A stretch of DNA of 30,023 nucleotides from a virus. Lineage: Duplodnaviria; Heunggongvirae; Uroviricota; Caudoviricetes. Both the position numbers and the translations under genes were made by a program. The notes below the pieces were generated by a model. That model did not search any database, had not been told where the DNA came from, and saw only the letters and a list, made by a program, of their open reading frames with translations. Numbering within the stretch: position 1 is the stretch's first letter; every line of letters begins with the position of its first letter. This document shows positions 18,750 through 26,259 of the stretch, piece by piece. The DNA is taken from positions 1-30,023 of the IMG/VR virus record IMGVR_UViG_2690316318_000018; one strand, 5' to 3'.

Positions 18750-19828
18750 TTAATCCCCCACTTTTGTAATTTATTCGCGATTGTTGGATGTGAAACACCA
18801 ACTAATTCAGCTATCTTCCTATTTGAAAAACCGTCAAAATGATATTTAATTATATTGAGATCATTATCGCTAAACTCATCCAATGAAACCCTCTCCGTAA
18901 TTACGGCTTCTATTAATGAGCTTTCAAATGGAATATTTCTAAGTACCTCATTCTTTTTGGAGAAATTCAAAATACGGTTAATGATGGCAAAGGACATGCC
19001 ATCTAATAATGGTGCAAGTTTTTTAGATAGTTCAGGTTCAATATTATGATTGACTAAATATCTATCTATCAGTTCTACTGATGGCATATTAAATTTAAGG
19101 ATGTGCTCAAATCGACGCCAAACAGCCGGATCTAAGATATCAGGGTGATTAGTCGCAGCAACAAGAAGCGAGGTCGCTGGCCACTCATCTATGGTCTGTA
19201 GGAGTACAGTAACTAAACGTTTTAATTCTCCAACGTCCCTGTCATCATCACGTCTTTTTGCAACAGCATCAAATTCATCAAGCAAAAGGACACATGGTTT
19301 CTCTTTGGCATAATCCATAACGGATTTAATATTATTACCTGTTTTTCCCAAAAGAGAACTCATTACAGATGAGAGATCCAATGTTAAAAGAGGTAAATTT
19401 AACTTTGCAGCAAGCCAATGTGCGGACATTGTTTTGCCTACGCCTGGCGGGCCAGAAAGTAAAACCGTCTTCACAGGTTCAAGACCAGCTTTGAACAAAG
19501 AAACCGCATTCTCTCTTTCGTTAACAATTGACTCCAGCTTCTTTGAGATATCCGTATTCCATACAGGTTCTTCAACAATTGCGTTGACAGATGTTTCCTG
19601 CAAAAGGTTTCGTCTGGAGTCTCCATCCACAGGCATAGGAGCCTTACTAGATGCCCCACGTAATACTGTTCCCTCAGCAACTAACGAAGCCAGCTTAGAA
19701 GCTAAAGCCTCATCATTTTTACGGATGTTGTTAATCATCTTTCTGCATAGGAGTGTAAATGCATTTGCGTTGCCTTTGATGCCTTGCTCGATGAGTTTGA
19801 AAAGTTCATCCTCCCTCACGTTTACCAT
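18746..19828 (-). CDS. Classic-clade AAA ATPase with predicted C-terminal helix-turn-helix
   Basis: 360-aa ORF. Walker A LSGPPGVGKT (~126-133), Walker B VLLLDEFD (~180-187), second region of homology …LLVAATNHPDILDPAVWRRFEH… (sensor-1 Asn, Arg fingers). C-terminal segment …SNRKIAELVGVSHPTIANKLQKWG… resembles a LuxR / sigma-70 region-4 type HTH. Confidence 0.85.
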   Translation of the reverse strand: MVNVREDELFKLIEQGIKGNANAFTLLCRKMINNIRKNDEALASKLASLVAEGTVLRGASSKAPMPVDGDSRRNLLQETSVNAIVEEPVWNTDISKKLESIVNERENAVSLFKAGLEPVKTVLLSGPPGVGKTMSAHWLAAKLNLPLLTLDLSSVMSSLLGKTGNNIKSVMDYAKEKPCVLLLDEFDAVAKRRDDDRDVGELKRLVTVLLQTIDEWPATSLLVAATNHPDILDPAVWRRFEHILKFNMPSVELIDRYLVNHNIEPELSKKLAPLLDGMSFAIINRILNFSKKNEVLRNIPFESSLIEAVITERVSLDEFSDNDLNIIKYHFDGFSNRKIAELVGVSHPTIANKLQKWGIK

Positions 19829-20132
19829 AAAACCCCCAATAAAACATCAGCTTGTGTAAGCTGGTAACTACATTAATGAAAATCATTGACTAATGTTACC
19901 ACTCTTGCTGGCGTAATTCAAAGAGTATCCTTACTTTTTTACTGTATGGATAATCAGCATAAAATCTATCCAGTTGGGTTACTCGAACATACTGTCAATA
20001 CTTGTTTCCAACGATTGATCAGTTCTACAGTTTTATCTCCTTCACTTGTGTTGGCAGCATGCTTATTCCTGAACCAGCTCGATTACTTGGCCATTTGAGA
20101 AAGATGTGTAGATCTTCTGATGGTTTGTATTG

Positions 20133-20164
20133 GAACGGGGTGTATAGTGATTTGCACCCCGTTC
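20133..20164. other. 10-bp perfect inverted repeat (hairpin or operator candidate) between parR and the ATPase operon
   Basis: GAACGGGGTG-N12-CACCCCGTTC, followed on the plus strand by TTTATGTT. Confidence 0.4.
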
Positions 20165-20206
20165 TTTATGTTATGGGATTGGTGGCAGGGCGAATACGCC
20201 CTGATG

Positions 20207-20518
20207 TTATTCAGGAAATAACGCCCGGATATTTCCGGCCATCTGACTGGTTATCTGTGCGGTTGATACTGGCTGTGACGCGGGGCGTTCTGTCTTGGTT
20301 TGTGTCACTGATAACACCTCATCATCAGCCCATGCAGCCAGTCGGTAAGCCTCTGCCGGATTCATTTTCAGAAGTGCCAGCCCGGCCAGAAAAGCCACGC
20401 GTTGGCCGCTTTTGCGGGCTTCTGGTGTAAGGCTGTCCAGCCAGGCGCATGCTTCTCCTTCGTTCTTGACGGCGGTGGGCTTCAGATAGAAACTTATCCG
20501 TCTGGTTGGAGTCGTCAT
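20207..20518 (-). CDS. parR: ParR-like centromere-binding partition protein
   Basis: The track ORF is N-terminally overextended; starting at the internal Met (MTTPTRRISFYLKP…) gives 103 aa. Pattern …ISFYLKP…LDSLTPEARKSGQRVAFLAGLAL…IRALFPE resembles plasmid R1 ParR as I recall it. Starts 5 nt after the parM stop. Confidence 0.7.
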   Translation of the reverse strand: MTTPTRRISFYLKPTAVKNEGEACAWLDSLTPEARKSGQRVAFLAGLALLKMNPAEAYRLAAWADDEVLSVTQTKTERPASQPVSTAQITSQMAGNIRALFPE

Positions 20519-20522
20519 TGGT

Positions 20523-21482
20523 TTACTCCTTGTCCATTGCGTACAGCCCATTAACCAGAGCAAACTGTGGCACCCCGTCCGCGATGAAAGTCGCATTAAC
20601 TCCGCAGGCTTCGCGGATAGCGGGTGCCACAATCTCCGCCCCTCCACCGACAACCATCACCCGCCCGTAACCCGAAAAAACCGCCAGCGCGCGGATCACG
20701 CGTTGTTTCAGTGTTTCCTCCTTTTCACGAATAACCGCCATCAGGCTGTCGTAATGCGCGTCATTGTGGATGTGCTGGCGCAGCCAGGCTTCATCATAGC
20801 GATGTTCGATAATGGTATTGGCGATGTGGTGACTGGTGCGCATACCGTTAGTGGCCATCACCGACAGCACGGCATCGGCCATCAGAGAAACGCCTACGTG
20901 TGGATCGCAAAACACCTGGCTGATACCTGCCAGTTGCCCCTGAACCTTTGCCACATCCAGCGTGGTTCCGCCCAAATCCACAATCAGCAGGGATTCAAAC
21001 GGACTCATGTCAGCCAGTGCTTTAAAGCCAGCCGGAATGGATTCAGGCATAACCCGCACGTTACGGATAGTGAATGCTTCGCCGTTCTGGTACTCCACCG
21101 GGCGCATAACGTTCGCTTTTTTGCGGTTGATGTTGGCCATGTCCGGCTGTGCGTTTGTGTCGAAATACTCGCTCAGTGGCAGGGTGACAACCACATCCAC
21201 CTCCTGTGGTGTGATGCCTGATTTGACCAGCGCGTGATGAATGGCAATGACATTCACATCGCTGTATTGGTATTGCGTGTCGGTCGTCTGGACAAAGCGA
21301 TCGCTGACCGGATCAAAACCATAGCGCACGCCATCAAGCATGTAGTTCGCGGGCTGCGTGCCACCGAACGGCGCAGACCATTCCGACTTGAAGCTGTTCG
21401 GGCTGATGGCGTTGCGGCGTTCGCCGTTCTCAGTCCATGCCAGCTTGATGTTGGTGGAGCCGTCGTCGATACAAATTTTCAT
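20523..21482 (-). CDS. parM: ParM/StbA-like actin-family partition ATPase
   Basis: 319-aa ORF. N-terminus MKICIDDGSTNIKLAW…ISPNSFK…YQYSDVNVIAIHHAL…VMPESIPAG…LIVDLGGTTLD… closely parallels plasmid R1 ParM (…FIDDGSTNIKLQW…ISPNSFK…WQYSDVNVVAVHHAL…VMPESIPAG…) as recalled from memory. Confidence 0.85.
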   Translation of the reverse strand: MKICIDDGSTNIKLAWTENGERRNAISPNSFKSEWSAPFGGTQPANYMLDGVRYGFDPVSDRFVQTTDTQYQYSDVNVIAIHHALVKSGITPQEVDVVVTLPLSEYFDTNAQPDMANINRKKANVMRPVEYQNGEAFTIRNVRVMPESIPAGFKALADMSPFESLLIVDLGGTTLDVAKVQGQLAGISQVFCDPHVGVSLMADAVLSVMATNGMRTSHHIANTIIEHRYDEAWLRQHIHNDAHYDSLMAVIREKEETLKQRVIRALAVFSGYGRVMVVGGGAEIVAPAIREACGVNATFIADGVPQFALVNGLYAMDKE

Positions 21483-21513
21483 GTCGCTTTTCCTTATGTT
21501 GATTAATTAATCG

Positions 21514-21625
21514 TTTACGGGATTCTGAAATCCCGTTTTTGCCTGTTTTCTGCGCGCTTCATATATCGCTGCGCGTTTTTTGCTCATTTACGGGATTCGT
21601 GAGTCCCGTTTCTGTCTGTTTTTTG
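21514..21625. repeat. Two near-identical ~35-bp hairpin-plus-T-tract modules flanking the gene A stop, upstream of parM (parC-like or terminator candidates)
   Basis: TTTACGGGATTCTGAAATCCCGTTTTTGCCTGTTTT at 21514..21549 and TTTACGGGATTCGTGAGTCCCGTTTCTGTCTGTTTTTTG at 21588..21625. Each contains a 6-7 bp palindrome ACGGGA(T)…(A)TCCCGT. Confidence 0.5.
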
Positions 21626-24426
21626 TTTCCACTGGTCAGGCCACCCCGCAGCAGGTCTGCTTTGCGGCGGGCGCGTTCAGTGGTTTCACTGATTCTCTGT
21701 GCGTGCTCTGCGTCGCGGATGGCGCGCAGCATGTCAGAAAGCACGGTAACGGGTGTTTTCATGGTGTTCTGGTCCTGCTGAAGTGTGGATGCCAGGCGTG
21801 CGGCGGCTTCAGGGTCTGATGCCCCCAGCTGTGTCAGATAGCTGGCGACCGGGTTATGGCGGATCTCCGTGCTGCTTACGCCATGATTACGGCTCAGGCG
21901 CTGCCAGAGCTGCGTGATTCGGCTGTCCGGGCGGGTATCCGGTTTGCGTACAATTTCAAATCCCTGCGGTGCAATGATGCTGCCGTCAACGTACAGACTG
22001 CCGCCCCGTAACAGGTGCTGCATCTGTTGTTCACCGATATGCAGGCCGAGAGATTCAGCAGACTCCCGCCATTCTTTAGCGAGTAATTCGTGGTTATCAG
22101 GCAAAGGCCGCTGCTGTTTGCGGCTCTGTGTCCAGCTCTGCATTTCATCACTGCTGTTTTTTGCCTGTTTGTCACGAAGCGAACGCATCAGCGCCCGGCG
22201 TTCGTGCCGTTTCAGTGAGCGCATCCATTCATCCACATCAACGCCGTCAGGGAGCTGCGGCCACGGTGCTGGCCGTTCTTCCGGCTGTTCTGTCCCGTTG
22301 TTGTCCGTTTCCTGTACACGGGGACAGTTATTGCCACGAGTCCAAGGGGCGGCAGGGCCGCCCTGAAGGTCAAAACCATTTTCGCGGGCGCTGTCTTCCG
22401 CTTCCGGTTTACGTCTTACCAGCTTCCAGTTATCCGGATGTGTGCACACACGGGAAGACTCCCCGATGAGTGGTGACCAGATCCCGTAAATCTGTACGCT
22501 CTGTTCGCCGTAATCGTTCAGCTCATCTGCGAGGTCGTAGGCGGTGCGAATCAGGTAGTCTTTGCGTGGAACAAGTACGCCGCCCTGTTTTTCAATGTAG
22601 GAGGCAAAACACCCGGCATCAGCGGCAGCGAGCACTGCATCCATTGCGTCATCCTTCAGTCGTTGCGGGCCTTCCGGGTTGCGTGCCATCTGGCTGGCAA
22701 GGCGGCGCAGTTCACGCCACACCTGACGGGAGGGGATGCCAAAGAACTGGAACTGGCGGACCCGGTGAAGGCGCGCCCAGCCGATGGCGCGCTCCACGCT
22801 CTCGGCCATTGATTTTCCGGTTTCGTGGTCAACGCGTGGCTTGCCCGTTTTCGGGTCGATACCATCCACGGCGCGGCTGTCCAGGTTCTTTCCGATGTAG
22901 GTGGCGATGTAGCTGGTTGGCGTGCCTTTTGAGCCGTCGACATACTCCGCCTTAAAGCGCGGAGTAATATCATTGCCCAGCTCGTGGCGGTCTTCCTGAA
23001 TGGCAATATCGCGGGTGATGGCCACGATGCTGTCGATTTCTTCCGGATGAGCAAAGACCATCATATGCCAGTGCACAGTGCCGTCATGGTGAGGCTCCAC
23101 CGTGCGGATGCCATACCAGCGCAGGCCGTCGCGGTTCAGTTTCTTGCGGACCGCCGCAAAAAACGTGTTAACCAGGTAATCGCTGGAGTCGCGCATGGTG
23201 GCCCCGTTCCATTTGGGGTTCGGATGACCGTTCTCTGTTGTGGCGTGGTATTTTGACGGGCAGGTGACAGTCAGAAACACCGCTCTGTCGCCACGGGCTT
23301 CGGCCAGAAGTTCCAGTCCCTTCATGGTGGCCATCATTTCTGCCTTACGGTGAACCGGGTTACTTACTCCCGCGTAATACACTGTCTCGAGATCAATCGT
23401 GAACCCGTCTTCATTTTCCAGCATGAAACTTTTCAGGAAATCGCGTGTTTTCTCGCGCTGTGCGCGAAACTCGCTTAACGCGTCCTGGCTCAGATAGGGT
23501 GATGTTTTTCTGGAAACCAGACAGGCGGCGCGGAGTTGTTCTTCTCTCCACTCGCAACGTAACAGCCACAGTTTGCGTTTCCACCATTCCGCACAGGTCA
23601 GGCGAAGGATTGCGCCCGGCAGCAGCTCCGTGTCCGGTTCGTTCCTCCGGTCTTTGTCTGTTGTCAGTGCGTCATAATGTGGAGGCATGGCGTGCAGGTG
23701 TAACGCCATGCGGGCCAGCATCTGATACGCCTTCAGCGTTACATCCATGGTCAGTTCGCCATCAGTCGCGCCAAAGCCATCGCAGAGTTTTTCGAAGGTG
23801 CTGCTGAACATCGCCGCCGTCATGGTGGCCAGCGTCTGTATCTGGTGTTTGTTGAGCTGCGGCAGGTAAAGCAAATCGTCCAGGCGTTCGCGTCCGGCAA
23901 GGGAGCGATAACCCGGTGTCAGCCAGCGGTGGTCGGTGCGGTCCAGACGTTCGAATATTTTGCGCAGGGTTCCGCGCGCGTAGCGTTCCGCCTGCCAGCT
24001 CTTTTTGCCTTTCTGACGATCGGCTTCCTGCTTCTTGCGCAGGAAAGAGAGGTGGCGGCTCAGAGGTTCTCGCAGATAAACGGGAAGCGCCTTCAGTGTG
24101 GCAAAGGCACGGGCTACCGGGTCTTGTTCTGTTGCCCGGCGCTTACTGATGATGCTCTGTGCCAGCTTTTCACGCTGTCCGGCTTCCTCAAGGGATGCCA
24201 TGAGTTTTTTACCCATGGCGGATTGTGCGAAAAAGGCTTCTTCCTTCGCTTCCTGTTCTTTCTGTGCCCTTTTGTCCGCCTCAAGGTAGTAACGGATGGC
24301 GCGTTGCAGGTCGGTTTCAGTTTCCTGCCTGTGCTCCGTAAATCTGGCTGGATCAATGGCTGGCCGTGGTTCATTCCAGCTCCATGCAAACTCACTCATG
24401 GCTGGTATCCCGTCACGCGCTGCCAC
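21559..24426 (-). CDS. A: Replication initiation protein A (rolling-circle replication endonuclease)
   Basis: 955-aa ORF at the P2 gene A position, the largest early gene, after the small early ORFs and before the accessory interval. Longer than P2 gpA as I recall it. Confidence 0.75.
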   Translation of the reverse strand: MAARDGIPAMSEFAWSWNEPRPAIDPARFTEHRQETETDLQRAIRYYLEADKRAQKEQEAKEEAFFAQSAMGKKLMASLEEAGQREKLAQSIISKRRATEQDPVARAFATLKALPVYLREPLSRHLSFLRKKQEADRQKGKKSWQAERYARGTLRKIFERLDRTDHRWLTPGYRSLAGRERLDDLLYLPQLNKHQIQTLATMTAAMFSSTFEKLCDGFGATDGELTMDVTLKAYQMLARMALHLHAMPPHYDALTTDKDRRNEPDTELLPGAILRLTCAEWWKRKLWLLRCEWREEQLRAACLVSRKTSPYLSQDALSEFRAQREKTRDFLKSFMLENEDGFTIDLETVYYAGVSNPVHRKAEMMATMKGLELLAEARGDRAVFLTVTCPSKYHATTENGHPNPKWNGATMRDSSDYLVNTFFAAVRKKLNRDGLRWYGIRTVEPHHDGTVHWHMMVFAHPEEIDSIVAITRDIAIQEDRHELGNDITPRFKAEYVDGSKGTPTSYIATYIGKNLDSRAVDGIDPKTGKPRVDHETGKSMAESVERAIGWARLHRVRQFQFFGIPSRQVWRELRRLASQMARNPEGPQRLKDDAMDAVLAAADAGCFASYIEKQGGVLVPRKDYLIRTAYDLADELNDYGEQSVQIYGIWSPLIGESSRVCTHPDNWKLVRRKPEAEDSARENGFDLQGGPAAPWTRGNNCPRVQETDNNGTEQPEERPAPWPQLPDGVDVDEWMRSLKRHERRALMRSLRDKQAKNSSDEMQSWTQSRKQQRPLPDNHELLAKEWRESAESLGLHIGEQQMQHLLRGGSLYVDGSIIAPQGFEIVRKPDTRPDSRITQLWQRLSRNHGVSSTEIRHNPVASYLTQLGASDPEAAARLASTLQQDQNTMKTPVTVLSDMLRAIRDAEHAQRISETTERARRKADLLRGGLTSGNKKQTETGLTNPVNEQKTRSDI

Positions 24427-24785
24427 TCCTGCGAGAAGAGGGTGGAAAGGCGGTTAAATTCAGCGGTGTATTCACTCAGCGAGGCACACCCGCCAGCAGT
24501 GCGATGCGCCAGCATTGCCGCAAATACGGAGGCCGGGGAGTCGTAATACGCCAGTAGTGATTCGCCGTGTGGTGTCAGGCAGTGCAACGCCAGCCCGTGT
24601 GGTGTGAAGTCCACGCGGTAGCAGTCGTCTACTGTGAAATAAAGGGTGTCTGCATTCTCTGGTTTTGTGGTGCGTGCTCTGTTGTCACGACCACGGATGT
24701 AGAGATCAAATAATCCCTGAAGAACGGGAGCCAGACGGGTGTCCTGTGTGCGCACCCATCTTGTGAAGTCATGAGCGTCAATCAT
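24396..24785 (-). CDS. Hypothetical early protein (129 aa) overlapping the start of A
   Basis: ORF immediately upstream of A in the same orientation, in the interval of the small P2 early ORFs; no motif recognised. Confidence 0.5.
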   Translation of the reverse strand: MIDAHDFTRWVRTQDTRLAPVLQGLFDLYIRGRDNRARTTKPENADTLYFTVDDCYRVDFTPHGLALHCLTPHGESLLAYYDSPASVFAAMLAHRTAGGCASLSEYTAEFNRLSTLFSQEWQRVTGYQP

Positions 24786-24857
24786 GCTGCAATTCTCTTT
24801 ACTACAGATGTGCGAAGGCCTCCCGCCGCAAGGTGCAGGAAAGGCCCGGAACAGGAA

Positions 24858-25088
24858 TTAATGGAGTTTGTTTTGCTGCTGGATGAGCTGTTGAAGCTCG
24901 TGCAGATCATCCGCCAGATAGCTGAAAACAGAGGCGGAATAGATGTTCGATAGCGCGTGGCTGCGCTCATGCAGCATATTGATGTGCATGATTTGCGCGA
25001 CGCGTGATGCGCGGAAAAGTCTACGGTTGATTTCAGTCTGGATGTGACGACGCGCAGCGTATGCGCGCTGTTGTTTGCGGTTTGCCAT
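24858..25088 (-). CDS. Hypothetical basic small protein (76 aa)
   Basis: ATG at 25088 preceded by AAGAGG at appropriate spacing; basic N-terminus (MANRKQQRAYAARRH…). Confidence 0.5.
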   Translation of the reverse strand: MANRKQQRAYAARRHIQTEINRRLFRASRVAQIMHINMLHERSHALSNIYSASVFSYLADDLHELQQLIQQQNKLH

Positions 25089-25265
25089 GGTGTGGCCTCT
25101 TTGCTCGGTGATAGAAATAACTCACCATCCAGAGTTGAGAATCTCGGGGTGGCGAGACGTACAGGGTTCTCAACACCGGAGAGCAAAGAATCCGGCCCGA
25201 CCGAAGTCGGCCCCGTACGCCCCGCCATAATTCTGACGCGAAAAAGACGTGGCAATACAGTACGC

Positions 25266-25290
25266 ACAAAAAAACCGCTTGCGCGGTTAT
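25266..25290 (-). terminator. Rho-independent terminator (minus strand) downstream of the 99-aa gene
   Basis: Minus-strand reading AACCGC-GCAA-GCGGTT followed by TTTTTTTGTG. Confidence 0.45.
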
Positions 25291-25358
25291 GCGCTTTGCT
25301 CTGTATCGGGTTGAGAATCCCGGCACCCGTTTTATGAGGTGCAGCGGAAATGTAACCT

Positions 25359-25390
25359 GACCGATTGCGGCATGGCAAGCGGTTTTTTTG
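25359..25390 (+). terminator. Terminator-like hairpin plus T7 tract on the plus strand
   Basis: CCGATTGC-GGCATG-GCAAGCGG followed by TTTTTTTG; imperfect stem. Confidence 0.35.
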
Positions 25391-25410
25391 TGTGTGCATG
25401 TTCTGGTTTC

Positions 25411-25710
25411 TTACTGGTTCAGAAAAAAATCAAAAACCTTGTCAATGCGTTGCAGCAGCTCTTGCTGCATTGCTTCCGGCGTTTCCGGTTCGCCAGGTGC
25501 TCCCAGCGTTGCGCAGAAATCAGCGATTTCATGATGGAGCGTCAGGCGAATGGCAGGGGCCGTGGTTTTGGCGTGCTCCAGCTGATCCAGCAGTGCCAGC
25601 ACAGCAGACGGCGAGAGCATTGCGCGAAATGCCAGTAATTTTTGAGGCGTTGCCATTCGTTGCAGGGCAAATGCCAGTTCGCGTAGCTTCTGGTGGTTGA
25701 TGGTGCTCAT
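25411..25710 (-). CDS. Hypothetical early protein (99 aa)
   Basis: ORF in the early operon, 4-nt overlap with the upstream gene; no motif recognised. Confidence 0.5.
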   Translation of the reverse strand: MSTINHQKLRELAFALQRMATPQKLLAFRAMLSPSAVLALLDQLEHAKTTAPAIRLTLHHEIADFCATLGAPGEPETPEAMQQELLQRIDKVFDFFLNQ

Positions 25711-25973
25711 GTTCTGGCTTCCTTCAGTAGCTGGTTAAACATGTGAGTAAGTGGATTGCTACACCCGAACGGCATCGGGTTTGCGTGGTAAGAAGCCTGG
25801 CCTCCAGTTTTGCGAGCGCGACCACCTGTGCTGCGGTTTGTTCTGATGACTAAGCCGCTGCGCCAAAGTCGGCGTAACTCAGCATTAATAGCTGTGGTTG
25901 GGGTGTTCAGTGCTGCGGCGATTTCTCCGCCGCTACAACCCGGATGTGTAGTGATGTAGTCCAGAATGGTCAT
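25707..25973 (-). CDS. Hypothetical early protein (88 aa), possible winged-helix DNA-binding fold
   Basis: …GCSGGEIAAALNTPTTAINAELRRLWRSGLVIR… resembles a winged-helix recognition segment; 4-nt overlap with flanking genes. Confidence 0.45.
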   Translation of the reverse strand: MTILDYITTHPGCSGGEIAAALNTPTTAINAELRRLWRSGLVIRTNRSTGGRARKTGGQASYHANPMPFGCSNPLTHMFNQLLKEART

Positions 25974-26173
25974 TTGCGTGGCTCCTGTACCTGTCGGATA
26001 AGATTCACCCGCGCCACGTTGGTGGCGCAGAAGTAAGTGCCGTCAGTGAGGTAGATGTGGTGTGCATCCTTTTCCGAACGGTGTTTGTCGATTGTGGTAA
26101 TCAGGCGTTCGTCGACTTCGTATTCACGTCCTCTGGAGGTAAAACGAACGACAGGAAAATGCTTAATTGCCAT
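25970..26173 (-). CDS. Hypothetical early protein (67 aa)
   Basis: ATG at 26173 preceded by AAGGAGG at ideal spacing. Confidence 0.55.
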   Translation of the reverse strand: MAIKHFPVVRFTSRGREYEVDERLITTIDKHRSEKDAHHIYLTDGTYFCATNVARVNLIRQVQEPRK

Positions 26174-26259
26174 TACGCCTCCTTGGCGTGTGTGAATACC
26201 TCCGCGAATGCGGATTGTTTTTACATTTTCTTATTTAACCTGTGGTTTTATTTGCGCTG

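Noticed and set aside
19886-20430. Plus-strand ORFs (70 aa and 142 aa) in the interval upstream of the ATPase operon
   Set aside because: No RBS, odd composition, and they overlap the parR 3' end and a hairpin; the interval is more plausibly the promoter/regulatory region of the minus-strand cargo operon.
21894-24546. Multiple plus- and minus-strand ORFs nested within gene A (e.g. 21914..22366, 22470..22955, 23845..24546)
   Set aside because: Alternate-frame shadows of the long A reading frame, with Arg/Cys/Pro-rich low-complexity translations.
24782-25399. 205-aa minus-strand ORF spanning the interval between the 99-aa and 76-aa genes
   Set aside because: Low-complexity translation, no RBS, and it runs across hairpins and two terminator-like structures; the region is better explained as structured non-coding sequence.
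25090-25400. Retron ncRNA (msr/msd) as an explanation for the structured non-coding interval
   Set aside because: No reverse-transcriptase gene is present anywhere in the window, and no a1/a2 flanking inverted repeats were identified.
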